62,740 bases of DNA, taken from NCBI GenBank assembly GCA_030697505.1, contig JAUYPX010000039.1, positions 1 to 62,740 on the forward strand, given 5' to 3'. Under the pieces are notes generated by a model. The model was not told where the DNA came from. It saw only the letters and a list, made by a program, of their open reading frames with translations, and did no database searches. Source of the stretch: Nanobdellota archaeon (lineage in GTDB: Archaea; Nanobdellota; Nanobdellia; Woesearchaeales; GW2011-AR9). How positions within the stretch are numbered: position 1 is the stretch's first letter; each line of letters starts with the position of its first letter. Shown piece by piece: positions 16,011 through 25,936 of this stretch. The position numbers were made by a program, and so were the translations under genes.

Positions 16011-16748
16011 ATGTTCATCAGCTTTTTTGAAGAATTTCCTACGGAAGATACTCTCGCCAAATTGAAACTCGTTTCCTGGCCGACCAAACTCTATGTGGCT
16101 GCCAATAGTCTCCAGCAATTCAGAGCTGTCACTTCTGTGGTAAGGCATAATAAGAATCTTTTGGAAGCGGTCTACTGGCCTATTCTCAAAAAGAAAGAAG
16201 GGTATTGGATTTCACCATTTTCCAAGCAGGGAGCATTACAGCAGCTCTTTGAGGAACTGGAAAACAAGAAAATCCCAGTGATGCTCGATTTAGAGCTGCC
16301 CACTACCAGAAATCCCTGGCTTTATCTGACAGAATTATTTCATTTCCGGAAAGACAAGAAATTAATCCATTCTTTTGTCTGCAATCATCCTGGAGAAACA
16401 TATCTGTGTGAATATTCTGCGCCAGAAAAGAGCTTACAGCGATTAGGGTTGCATTACGCCAACAAAAAAAGCAAAGTGATGAAGATGTTATACCGTTCCG
16501 TGCATTATTACAGTGATGAGAAATTGAAATTAGAGATGCAGCAAGGAATTAAGGAATTTGGTGACAGATATATTGTAGGATTTGGAACTATTGCTCTGGG
16601 CGTAGGCGGAAATGAGCCGATTCTGTCTGCAGAGCAGTTAGAGAAAGATCTGCAGATTGCCCAGGAAGTTGGAGTAAAGGAAGTGGTGTTGTTTAGGTTG
16701 GGTGGATTGAATAAGAAGTATGTGAATGTATTAGAAAAGTTTGTATAA
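16011..16748 (+). CDS. Hypothetical protein
   Basis: 245-aa ORF with no competing frame. Family not recognised. Confidence 0.45.
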   Translation: MFISFFEEFPTEDTLAKLKLVSWPTKLYVAANSLQQFRAVTSVVRHNKNLLEAVYWPILKKKEGYWISPFSKQGALQQLFEELENKKIPVMLDLELPTTRNPWLYLTELFHFRKDKKLIHSFVCNHPGETYLCEYSAPEKSLQRLGLHYANKKSKVMKMLYRSVHYYSDEKLKLEMQQGIKEFGDRYIVGFGTIALGVGGNEPILSAEQLEKDLQIAQEVGVKEVVLFRLGGLNKKYVNVLEKFV

Positions 16749-16766
16749 AGTATTCTTAATAAATCT

Positions 16767-17852
16767 CTACACCAAATACTTCACAAACCGCAAGAATCTC
16801 GGCTCTTTCAACAAGGCCATGGTCACCAGAGGTATAGGATTATCTCTAGTATATTTCTCAAACACTTTCTGCACGGTAGGCTTATTGATATAAGACACTA
16901 ATCTGTCCCAATCTTCATCTGAGAACTTGTCCAAGATCCGCCGCACCATTAAATGTAATTTCAATCTCTTAGCGATTGGCTTTATTTCCTTCTCGTAATT
17001 CTTATTGTTATTAATACAGTCGGCCAGAATCTCTGCCTGCTTTAACCCGGGGACTAAACCACCTAAGGTAGTTGCTTTGACAAAGCCAGCTGCATCGCCC
17101 AGCAGATAGCAATTATCCTTCTGCAGCTTCTGCGCTGGATGATATACCGGAATAGTCCCAGCTTGCATCTCTTTGACGGTAAAGCCCTGCTCTTTCATGA
17201 ACTTGTCAAAGTAAGCTCTCGAGTTTTTGCGCATGCCTAAGCCCACTCTGGCTAAAGTATCGGACTCTGGAACAACCCAGGCAAATAATTCAGGACAGAC
17301 CGAAACGCCGAAATAAGTCTTAAAAGCAGTGGGATCAAACTTCCCTTCCACTAAGGCTTGTACTCCAAAATAATTCTCCCTTTCCGGATGATACATCCCA
17401 TACGCTTTAGCAGTGGGAGATAAAGGGCCATCTGCAGCAATGACAATATCTGGTGAAATACGTTTTTCCGTATTCTTCGCGGAGTCTTTCACTACCAGCT
17501 CTTTCCCTTCCTTGCGTACAAAAGAATGGTTCAAATATATCTTTGCCCCCTTCTTCTTAGCTAAATCGCCAAAAAAGTTATCAAACTTATTCCGGCAGAC
17601 TAAATACTCTTTCTGTTTTACTTCCAGCTTATGCTGGGGCGAATACACCTCTACTTTCTGGAAAGTATTGACTAAGAAGGATTCCGTAGGCAGATTAAAC
17701 TGATCAAAATCAGAAGTCAATAAGCCGGTACATTGGATCGGCAGCCCTATCTGGGCATGGTTCTCGTAGATAGACACCTCATGCCCATTTTTCGCCAGCA
17801 AATATCCAGCATAACAGCCGACCGGTCCAGCGCCAATGATCGCGATATTCAT
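16767..17852 (-). CDS. Geranylgeranyl reductase family FAD-dependent oxidoreductase (archaeal lipid saturation)
   Basis: MNIAIIGAGPVGCYAGYLLAKNGHEVSIYE (GxGxxG). LLGDAAGFVKATTLGG (GDAAG motif). Confidence 0.8.
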   Translation of the reverse strand: MNIAIIGAGPVGCYAGYLLAKNGHEVSIYENHAQIGLPIQCTGLLTSDFDQFNLPTESFLVNTFQKVEVYSPQHKLEVKQKEYLVCRNKFDNFFGDLAKKKGAKIYLNHSFVRKEGKELVVKDSAKNTEKRISPDIVIAADGPLSPTAKAYGMYHPERENYFGVQALVEGKFDPTAFKTYFGVSVCPELFAWVVPESDTLARVGLGMRKNSRAYFDKFMKEQGFTVKEMQAGTIPVYHPAQKLQKDNCYLLGDAAGFVKATTLGGLVPGLKQAEILADCINNNKNYEKEIKPIAKRLKLHLMVRRILDKFSDEDWDRLVSYINKPTVQKVFEKYTRDNPIPLVTMALLKEPRFLRFVKYLV

Positions 17853-17953
17853 GAAGAAATTGACGAAATGATGACTATAAAAAGATTATCGAACATAAGA
17901 ATAAAACAAAATTAAATAAAAAAAAGAAAAAAGATTTGGAGGAGGGTACTACC

Positions 17954-19270
17954 TTAGTAGTACTTTTCTTCTCCTTCGTCGTCTCGGCGTAGTCTGCTGA
18001 AACCGATTACTAATCCTAGCAATACTAGTAAAACTACTAATACTACCAGAGCGATTTCTAATCCGTTTCGCAAGCTAGTTTCGCTGCCAGCGTTAGCTGG
18101 AGCAGTAACAGCAGCTTTTAAGACTACGGTTTCCAAGACATCACTGCCTGATTTAACAGTAAGGGAAGCTAAATGCTCGCCTGCAGTTGCATCCTCAGCA
18201 GCGGTCAAGTCAACATAGACAACTTTGCTTTGGCCAGGTTCAAGCACAACTAGCTTTTCACTGACAGAAGCGGTAGCCCAGTCTCCGGTAGCTACTTCAA
18301 CAGCATATGCTTTAGCAGCACTGCCGTCGTTGGTCAAAGCCACAGCATAGGTTGCGGTTTTGCCAGCAGCGACGGATTGCATTTCTGGACCAGCTGCCAA
18401 GACGGTCTTACCTGATTTAAGTTGTGGCTTAACGAATTCGCTTTCCATAACTTTCAAGGTGTAGGTCTCAGAGACGGTTTCTCTCAAATCGTCATATTGT
18501 GCGGTTACTTTAACGGTGTATTCCCCAGGCTTAGCATCAGCAGGGACTTGTAAGAACATTTCGTCCACAGCTTCGTGGTCGTCTGCTTTTACTTCGTCAA
18601 CATACTCTGATGCGGTCAGTCCTAGTTCAGGAACAGCTACAGTAACTTTGACGTCTTCTTCAGCGTTTTCACCGACATTCTCGACTAGCACAGTAGCAAG
18701 CAAAGATCGTCCTGCTTTTACAGTCAAGCTAGGTGAAAATGACACGTCTGAAATCTTAATTGAGTGTCTTGCTGATTCGACGTTTAATTCGAATGTTTGT
18801 GAAATTTCTTTTGAGTTTCGATCAAGTACGAATACTCTCAAGGTATTTTTTCCGTTTTCAAGTTTGTTTGGAACAGTCAATTCTAGATGTACGGTCTTCT
18901 TAGTACCTTCTTTTACATCAAACAAAGCTGTTGAATCTTCCAAATTCTCGTAATCGGAATATTCATAGCCGCTTAAGCGAGCTACAACTTCAATGCCTTT
19001 TGCACTTAAATCGTTCTTTTGTAAGACATTTCCCTTGTCGTCTACAGTATTGTCACTTTTGATAGACAATTCAACTTCAATATCTAATTTTTCCCCCTCT
19101 TCTACAGTTAGAAGAGCGTTAGGATCTACTTCTTCGCCATTAACTTCAACTTTAACAGTTCCATTATCAGTGCTTAGGCCGCCTAGAGTGCTAGGGGTAC
19201 TTGCACTAACCATGGAAACAGTCAGCAAGCTAATGACAAACAATGCCATTAAACTTAGTAATTTTTTCAT
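17954..19270 (-). CDS. Surface (S-layer-like, COG1361/CARDB-like) protein with signal peptide and C-terminal TM anchor
   Basis: Signal MKKLLSLMALFVISLLTVSMVSAS. C-terminal LEIALVVLVVLLVLLGLVIGF followed by a charged tail. Confidence 0.65.
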   Translation of the reverse strand: MKKLLSLMALFVISLLTVSMVSASTPSTLGGLSTDNGTVKVEVNGEEVDPNALLTVEEGEKLDIEVELSIKSDNTVDDKGNVLQKNDLSAKGIEVVARLSGYEYSDYENLEDSTALFDVKEGTKKTVHLELTVPNKLENGKNTLRVFVLDRNSKEISQTFELNVESARHSIKISDVSFSPSLTVKAGRSLLATVLVENVGENAEEDVKVTVAVPELGLTASEYVDEVKADDHEAVDEMFLQVPADAKPGEYTVKVTAQYDDLRETVSETYTLKVMESEFVKPQLKSGKTVLAAGPEMQSVAAGKTATYAVALTNDGSAAKAYAVEVATGDWATASVSEKLVVLEPGQSKVVYVDLTAAEDATAGEHLASLTVKSGSDVLETVVLKAAVTAPANAGSETSLRNGLEIALVVLVVLLVLLGLVIGFSRLRRDDEGEEKYY

Positions 19271-19435
19271 TTTTTATTCTCCTCCAAATCCTTTTTCAAG
19301 GTTTGAGCGTTATTTTTGTTATGAAGCACTCATAGTCTTATCAAGCGTACTCTGAGGCTTTTACTACTTCAAAATAGGCCTGTTATTTAAATGTTTCGGA
19401 TTTTAGTATCATTGAGTAGGAACACCTAGGCACTA

Positions 19436-21553
19436 CTAAAAAGTGTTACTATCAATATACACTAACCTATAGGTTGAAGTATGGGATTGGCCGTTAGTGG
19501 CGGTTATCTTGATCAGGTACCAGCCAGGGGCCGCATCTTCAGGTAAAGCCACGTAAATGTTCCTATTCGCGCTCTTACCGGCCTTAAGGGTAAATTTACC
19601 GGTGCTTCCCCAGACGCCTAGATCATAGATTTTGGCCTGGACCTGCAGGTTTTTAACTTCCTTCTTACCATCATTATGTACGCGTACATCCACAAATAAG
19701 GTCTTTCCGGCTTCTATCTCATCAACTACATGCGCGGAAAGCAGGTCTATGTCGATAGGCTCCTTAGGCTCTTTTTGTGGCGGCATAAGGTTGCTTTCAT
19801 CGTTATCCCTAGGGTTGTACGTATCAACATCGCCAGCATCACCATCAGTGTGACAGCCCGGGTCGTTCATATCGGTCAATTTGTCATTGTCATTATCCTT
19901 GCCATCATTACACTGAGTGACAGGTTCATCAGTTTCATCGTTATCATTTTTATCTTTGCAACCGGGATCGTTAACTCTCGGATCGTTTCCATAATCGATT
20001 AACCCATCCCTATCGTTGTCTTTATTATCATTACATTGGGTCTCTGCTGGCTTATCATCAGACTCATCATCATCATCTTTATCTTTACAACCAGGATCAT
20101 CAGGAAAGTCTGTTTTGTGATCTGCATCATTATCCTTTTCATCATCACATTGCGGCTTTTTGACAGGGTTATCATTTGATTCATCATTATCGTTTGGATC
20201 ATAGGAGTGCATGTTTTCAGGATTTCCGTCAGTATGACAACCAGGATCATGCGCATCTACTGCTCCATCCTTATCATTATCCTCATTATCATTACATTGG
20301 GTCTCTGCTGGTTTATCATCTGATTCATCATTATCATTTTTATCTTTACATCCTGGATCATCAGGAAAGTCTGTTTTGTGGTCTACATCATTATCCTTAC
20401 CATCATCACACTGGGTCTTGTTATTTTCAGGCGCAGGGGTGATTACAATATACGCAGTCGCAAAATCTTGTCCGCCAAAATCATCATCTACCTGAAATAC
20501 AGTGGTATACACTCCATCAGAGGTAAAACCGTGGGTGAAGGTGAATTTTTGTGTATCTTTGTCAAAGGCATACGATTGCGCTGGTAGATTAGTACTAAAT
20601 ATACTGTATTTAAGCGCATCTTTATCCGCATCAATAGCATTGACAGTAAAGGCAGTATCTTCCCCTTGCTTGATGTGTTTAGGCTCTATAAAATCAAACA
20701 CAGGAATTCTATTTACATCATGCACATTGACATTTACAAATGCCCAATTGGAAGTTTTGGTATTATCGTTAACTTCAATAGCTTTGAATCTAAATAATGC
20801 TCTTTTAGTTAGGCTGGGATGCTGTACATGCTGTACATATTCGTAACCTGGAATCCAACTGAATGCGCCGCTATTCTCATTGAAGCTTAAACTTGCTTCT
20901 TGTACGGATCCCCACTTGAAACAGAAACCGCCGATGGAAGCAGTACATTCTTCAATCGCAAATTTCAATTTATCCTTTTCTTTATCGTTAGTAGAGATAG
21001 TGAAATGCAAGGTATCAGTTTCCAAGATATCATTATCATAATTAATAGTATTAATCTCAGGAGGAGTATCCTTACCGACAGGATTGATAGGAATAACTGC
21101 AGTTATAGGTGGAATAAAAATACTTATTTCTGGGAATACCTGCAAAAATAAACTGGTATCTACATATTCAGTGTTAGCATCTTTCACTTTGATGACCACT
21201 ATATATTGTCCAGCTTTGTTTTGATAATCTTTTGAAGTGATAGCGAATGTTTTGTACGCTAGAGTTTTTGATACATCTACATTTCCAGAGAAAATAGTGC
21301 TGGCAATCTTTCCGGTACTTACGCTGTTAAGAGTGACAGTTAATTTTACAGTTTTACTTGCAGTAGAACCAAAGTAACCGGTTGCAAAAGAAGCATCTTG
21401 GCCATAATTAACATAATATGATTTTGAGCCATCCTGCCATGCTAAATAATTATGTCCGCCATCCTGCTTCATCCAGTTGATCTGCGCAGTAGCGCTCACA
21501 GCGAGAAGCACAGTCAATAATAGTACACTAAGTAATTTGAATCCTTGTTTCAT
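19436..21553 (-). CDS. Secreted acidic protein with Ig/cadherin-like domains, six D-G/N-x-D-N-D (MopE/thrombospondin-3-like metal-binding) Cys repeats and a C-terminal CARDB-like domain
   Basis: Start moved to MKQGFKLLSVLLLTVLLAVSATAQ (signal peptide); the track start at 21649 would overlap the upstream gene. Repeats include QCDDGKDNDVDHKTDFPDDPGCKDKNDNDESD and QCNDNEDNDKDGAVDAHDPGCHTDG. Confidence 0.7.
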   Translation of the reverse strand: MKQGFKLLSVLLLTVLLAVSATAQINWMKQDGGHNYLAWQDGSKSYYVNYGQDASFATGYFGSTASKTVKLTVTLNSVSTGKIASTIFSGNVDVSKTLAYKTFAITSKDYQNKAGQYIVVIKVKDANTEYVDTSLFLQVFPEISIFIPPITAVIPINPVGKDTPPEINTINYDNDILETDTLHFTISTNDKEKDKLKFAIEECTASIGGFCFKWGSVQEASLSFNENSGAFSWIPGYEYVQHVQHPSLTKRALFRFKAIEVNDNTKTSNWAFVNVNVHDVNRIPVFDFIEPKHIKQGEDTAFTVNAIDADKDALKYSIFSTNLPAQSYAFDKDTQKFTFTHGFTSDGVYTTVFQVDDDFGGQDFATAYIVITPAPENNKTQCDDGKDNDVDHKTDFPDDPGCKDKNDNDESDDKPAETQCNDNEDNDKDGAVDAHDPGCHTDGNPENMHSYDPNDNDESNDNPVKKPQCDDEKDNDADHKTDFPDDPGCKDKDDDDESDDKPAETQCNDNKDNDRDGLIDYGNDPRVNDPGCKDKNDNDETDEPVTQCNDGKDNDNDKLTDMNDPGCHTDGDAGDVDTYNPRDNDESNLMPPQKEPKEPIDIDLLSAHVVDEIEAGKTLFVDVRVHNDGKKEVKNLQVQAKIYDLGVWGSTGKFTLKAGKSANRNIYVALPEDAAPGWYLIKITATNGQSHTSTYRLVYIDSNTF

Positions 21554-21555
21554 GT

Positions 21556-22620
21556 TTACTCCTGTCGAGGACAATAACCAAGATTTAGGCCGCCGATGGG
21601 ATAGGCGGCGCTGAAATTTGTTCTCAAACCAACTGTAGGCGTAAGACAAAAATCACCAAATCTGAATCGAGCACCTACCTGATTGTACATCAAGAATTGT
21701 GTATCGGTCTTGTCAGAGTGGTTAGAAATATTTGTTCCTTCCACCAGATTGCCATTAACATACTGTGCAGAGCTTTCACCGAATTTGCGGGTTACCCAGT
21801 CATGCATCACTCCGGCATGGCCTTCGAGGCCGAATCCAAAAGTATTATTTTCATTTGTAGCAACTTCGCCGCCTACAATAAGTCCAAGCCCCAGGCCTAA
21901 GGTCTGCAATGAATATTCATCAGAGCCCTTCATCACTAATTTTCCCGCTAAAGGGCCGTCAGCAGCAGGAACTGCGATATCTTGAGAAGTAGAACTTCCG
22001 TTTCCGTATCCGGACAAGGCGATGCCTAAATAAGGCAGCTTTTTTTTAGGTTGATACGTTAAATTGATACTTCCGCCATGCATGTTTCCATTAAATCCAG
22101 TTGTTTCATCTTTAGCGGTTCCTACATACAAGTATCCTACGCCGACATTTAATTTTCCATCAGAAGATTTTTTCTTGGTAGATGCTAGAGGAGCATCAGG
22201 GTCAGGTATTGGATTTGGCGTTTCCGGTGCTGCTTTCAGATCGCAGGGGAAATAGAACTTTTTGCTAGGATCTTTTTCTGCCAGATTGAGAATAGATTCT
22301 GCTTTCTCAAGTTTTCCGTCTTTAGTCCTTTCATCTGCTGGCAGATTGTATTTTTGAGGAAAGCCGTCTAATCCAACGATACAATAACCTGGTTTTTCTT
22401 CTACTGGTTGAATAAGCACAGTTACTTTTCCGCTATCAATTAATTGTTCCTGATGCAGCCAATCAGTATCATTATCTCTGCTGGTAACTGCTAAATTGTT
22501 TATTTTTTTTACTTCCACGATTTGTTCTGGTGTTGCTACTTTTGCTTCTTGTGCATAAGCAGTGTTTGCAATAAAAGTTAATGGGACAACTATTTTTCTT
22601 ACTATATTTTCAATTGTCAT
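21556..22620 (-). CDS. Secreted protein whose C-terminal ~190 aa look like an outer-membrane-type beta-barrel
   Basis: Signal VVPLTFIANTAYAQE. Alternating-hydrophobicity strands KLNVGVGYLYVG, GGSINLTYQP, YLGIALSGYGNG, LGLGLGLIVGGEV, TFGFGLEGHAGV, QFLMYNQVGARFRFG, TPTVGLRTNF and IGGLNLGY. Confidence 0.5.
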   Translation of the reverse strand: MTIENIVRKIVVPLTFIANTAYAQEAKVATPEQIVEVKKINNLAVTSRDNDTDWLHQEQLIDSGKVTVLIQPVEEKPGYCIVGLDGFPQKYNLPADERTKDGKLEKAESILNLAEKDPSKKFYFPCDLKAAPETPNPIPDPDAPLASTKKKSSDGKLNVGVGYLYVGTAKDETTGFNGNMHGGSINLTYQPKKKLPYLGIALSGYGNGSSTSQDIAVPAADGPLAGKLVMKGSDEYSLQTLGLGLGLIVGGEVATNENNTFGFGLEGHAGVMHDWVTRKFGESSAQYVNGNLVEGTNISNHSDKTDTQFLMYNQVGARFRFGDFCLTPTVGLRTNFSAAYPIGGLNLGYCPRQE

Positions 22621-22623
22621 TTT

Positions 22624-23151
22624 TTAGTCTCCTCTCCTTATGTAGGGAATTTCTGGGCACTTTTTTACTGGTGCGCATTGATTAGGCGTATACGCTGGAC
22701 AATGTTTTGGCCGCTTCCGTAACTCAGCATTTTCATCTAAGCACTTGTTCAATTTCCGTTCTAAGTCAGAATCAAGACAAGTTTTCCCTTCAGAGCATCG
22801 CTGGTTATCATACGTAGAATTTTTTTTTCCAGAATCATAACCGCCAGCTCCGGCATCAGTTTTTTTATCATTACCGCAGATCTGAAATTGAAAATTGACT
22901 GGTGACTTACAATCAGGAAGGTTTTGTTTGCTATTATAATTTCCATTACAGCTGTGCATCAATAGGTAGGTGATGACTGCTCCTACACCGGCACCGATTG
23001 TTCCAGAACCGACACGATTTTTCCAGATAGAGCTTTCTAGTTTTTTATGTTTAGCTTCTAATTCTTGATATTGTGCAATAGGGATCCGTGATGGTTTAGT
23101 TCTTTCTTCGTCTGCCATAAATGTGATAACCTCCTTTGATACTTTTGTCAC
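22624..23151 (-). CDS. Membrane-anchored Cys-rich hypothetical protein (first gene of the 23151-19436 cluster)
   Basis: One TM (GSGTIGAGVGAVITYLLM). About 10 Cys in the extracytoplasmic part. Confidence 0.5.
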   Translation of the reverse strand: MTKVSKEVITFMADEERTKPSRIPIAQYQELEAKHKKLESSIWKNRVGSGTIGAGVGAVITYLLMHSCNGNYNSKQNLPDCKSPVNFQFQICGNDKKTDAGAGGYDSGKKNSTYDNQRCSEGKTCLDSDLERKLNKCLDENAELRKRPKHCPAYTPNQCAPVKKCPEIPYIRRGD

Positions 23152-23251
23152 AGGACAGTGGTATTATATAAATGTTTCTACCGAATGGTTACAACAATTA
23201 ACACATCACCACTAACTCGTAGACGTCCCTAAGATTGTAAAATGTAAGAAA

Positions 23252-24436
23252 TCAGATAAGAGTAGCCAATTCCAAAGCCACTCCCAGACTGAAAAGCAGG
23301 ATAAGAAAAGAACCGATGATCCGATATTCCCCTAAAGCGTATTCAGGAACTCTGTCTCCGCCCAGGCGGGCTTTCCAGAAGGTAAAGATAAGCAAGACTG
23401 CCTGTAACCCGCCGGCCACCGCCCCGGTAAGGGCTATTATAGCGATAAAAGTGGATAAGGAAAACAAGGTGATTAAAAGCGGTATGGAAAAAGTCAGCAG
23501 TACTGCCGTGGAATGGGGAAAGGCATAATCGTACTCATACGTCTCTATCAGGGCGATGCTCAGGGTTAAAAAGGAAGTGAACATCGATAATACGGCGATG
23601 ATATTGGCCAGAACGCCTAAAATAGGTGAAGAATAGATGCTTAAGGCGACCGTCGCTATCTTCTGATTAGGCTGCAGCACTTCAAAGTTCTCTAAACCGA
23701 TGATGCCCACCACTACCAAGGTAAAGAGGACGTATAATATGATAGGTATGACTGAGCCGATGATGATGGCTTTTTTCATTTTCTCCTTTTCATTTTCCAG
23801 CACTTCCTGCATCTCCGGGACTGCCGCTATGCCTGCCAAGGCAAACAGCACTACCCCATAGGGAGCGAAGAATTTCAGCCAATTATAGCTGGTAAGATTG
23901 CTGAAATTAATATCCTGATAGGAAAAGATCCCTATACCTATGATGATGATCAAGAGCATTACAATGAGAAAGAGTTCTACATTTCCTGCTGCTTTAACTC
24001 CTTTGTAAATTATTAAGAAAGCAATGATGAAGAAAATGAGGCTATACCACAGTGGATTTCCCCAGCGGAAGATTGCCTTCAGGGTCTCTCCTTCGCCAAT
24101 TAAATATGCAGTCAAGGCGCCATAGATGGAAAAGAGCATGGAAAACATCATCAGCCGTTTTCCCCATGAGCCGAGATATTTTCCTGTATATCCGGTCAGC
24201 TGATATTGTTTCTTAGTTCGGAGCACAATTTCGCCGGTCATTAGATTCAACACCAAAAATGCCAGGCCTAAACCGACGGTAATGATGAATCCAAACAGGA
24301 AACCGCTTTGCGCCACCACATACGGAATTGCCAAGATACCTGCACCGACAATTGTGCCTACTAAGGTAGCGATGGCAATAAGAATTTTATGTCTGGCCAA
24401 GAAACCTTTTTCTGGTTCCCCTTTTTTTTTGAACAT
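23252..24436 (-). CDS. Amino-acid transporter (Aa_trans/Trp-Tyr permease-like, ~11 TM)
   Basis: GTIVGAGILAIPYVVAQSGFLFG near the N terminus. Polytopic profile. Confidence 0.7.
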   Translation of the reverse strand: MFKKKGEPEKGFLARHKILIAIATLVGTIVGAGILAIPYVVAQSGFLFGFIITVGLGLAFLVLNLMTGEIVLRTKKQYQLTGYTGKYLGSWGKRLMMFSMLFSIYGALTAYLIGEGETLKAIFRWGNPLWYSLIFFIIAFLIIYKGVKAAGNVELFLIVMLLIIIIGIGIFSYQDINFSNLTSYNWLKFFAPYGVVLFALAGIAAVPEMQEVLENEKEKMKKAIIIGSVIPIILYVLFTLVVVGIIGLENFEVLQPNQKIATVALSIYSSPILGVLANIIAVLSMFTSFLTLSIALIETYEYDYAFPHSTAVLLTFSIPLLITLFSLSTFIAIIALTGAVAGGLQAVLLIFTFWKARLGGDRVPEYALGEYRIIGSFLILLFSLGVALELATLI

Positions 24437-24516
24437 CGATAGAAATTAAGTAATAAAGGTTTATAATGGTTTTGTGGTTAGGTAAATTTATATAGTATTT
24501 TTGATTACTATAAAGT

Positions 24517-24858
24517 ATGAGTAGAGGAGAAAGGCACCATAGATCCAGAAGGCATAGACGACTTCATCACACTCATAAACCTTCAATTGCCTCAAGATTT
24601 TATAGCATAAGGAGTTTTGTCAGGAGGCATCCTGTTTTTTCTTCGGTTACTAGTATTATTGCAGCTATTGTTTTAGTAAGGATTTCTCTTAGTGATACTT
24701 TATTTGGAAATAATGTTTCTGAATTTAGATTATGGTTTGTCTTTGGAGCTATAGTATTGGGAATTATTGGCTTAATTTCTTTGAAAGTTTGGTTTAAGAG
24801 GAGAGTTCCCCAGCATTTTACAAAACATGATAGGAACATTACTTGGAGAAATAGATAA
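24517..24858 (+). CDS. Small membrane protein with Arg/His-rich N terminus
   Basis: MSRGERHHRSRRHRRLHH..., then two TM segments. Confidence 0.4.
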   Translation: MSRGERHHRSRRHRRLHHTHKPSIASRFYSIRSFVRRHPVFSSVTSIIAAIVLVRISLSDTLFGNNVSEFRLWFVFGAIVLGIIGLISLKVWFKRRVPQHFTKHDRNITWRNR

Positions 24859-24865
24859 TCCTGAG

Positions 24866-24905
24866 CCACTCCCGCACTGGACAACCTTGGCTAGAATATA
24901 TAAAC
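24866..24905 (+). promoter_or_regulatory. Copy 1 of the repeated CACTGGACA-box + GGCTAGAATATATAAAC (BRE/TATA-like) element
   Basis: CCACTCCCGCACTGGACAACCTTGGCTAGAATATATAAAC differs from 41692-41731 at 2 positions. Confidence 0.6.
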
Positions 24906-25064
24906 AAGTTCTTAACAACAATTTAATGAAAAAGAGATGATACAAAACTTCCCATAAAATTCTTTCAGCTTTCAGCAGAGAAGAAATTTAAGGAGTTTTG
25001 CAAGAGTTGCTCTTTTTTGAAACTTCAAGTTTGTAAGTATGTAAAACTTGAAGGTGAATGAAAA

Positions 25065-25700
25065 ATGGAATTCAACGAAAATTTAGCCGAGATTGTAGGG
25101 ATAATGTTAGGAGATGGTGCTCTTTGGTTACAACCAGATTGTGTAAATAGTTATAAAATCATTGTGGCTTCTGATAAAAGAGAAAAAGCATGGCTTACGT
25201 ATGTTAAATCTTTGTTTGAAGCTTATTTTGAGGAGCCATTCAATATTAAAGAAATAAAATGTGGGTTGCATCTAACAAATTATTCCGCAAAAGTTGCACA
25301 TAAGTTGCTTAAAGCAGGATTAATCGAAGGAAATAAAGTTGAAAATGAAGTAACTATACCTTCTTGGGTACTAAAAGAGCGAAAATTATTAATAAGGACA
25401 GTTCAGGGCTTATTTGACACAGATGGTTGCGTATACAAAAAATATGATACTTATGCTCAGATAGAATTTAAGTTTGGATCTGAAATAACAACAAAATCTG
25501 TTCACAATGCTGTTAAGAGGTTAGGCTTTAATCCGACTAAAATCCAAAGACAGTATAATAGTTACACTGGTGGATTTCTTTGGAGATTCTATTTTTCCAG
25601 GCAAGCAGAAATTGAACTTTTCTTTACTGAGGTAACACCAAAGAATCCAAAGCATATGGAAAGATATAAAAGAATAAAAGGTGGGGCTGCTGGGATTTGA
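25065..25700 (+). CDS. LAGLIDADG homing endonuclease (double-motif)
   Basis: LAEIVGIMLGDGAL (motif 1) and VQGLFDTDGCVYKK (motif 2), about 100 aa apart. Confidence 0.8.
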   Translation: MEFNENLAEIVGIMLGDGALWLQPDCVNSYKIIVASDKREKAWLTYVKSLFEAYFEEPFNIKEIKCGLHLTNYSAKVAHKLLKAGLIEGNKVENEVTIPSWVLKERKLLIRTVQGLFDTDGCVYKKYDTYAQIEFKFGSEITTKSVHNAVKRLGFNPTKIQRQYNSYTGGFLWRFYFSRQAEIELFFTEVTPKNPKHMERYKRIKGGAAGI

Positions 25701-25936
25701 ATTCCTGAGTAACAATTTACTTGTTACTTCCCAGATCAAAAGCTGGCTTCAAGGAAAGTCTTGTCACTGCCTTTCGGCTCAACTCTCCATTACTGGAGGC
25801 TCCCATTGTCGGCGGTAGTTTATACCTCTGCCGGATTAAACTACAGCCCCACAAGAAGCTCAAAACCAAGCTCTTTTATTAATATTTTTGTTTTTGAATG
25901 GCAATTAATAAAAACCACTGCGTAATTCTTTCCTAC

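Noticed and set aside
21554-21649. The 32-aa N-terminal extension of the 737-aa ORF
   Set aside because: It would overlap the upstream gene's 3' end. The internal Met at 21553 starts a textbook signal peptide directly after the upstream stop.
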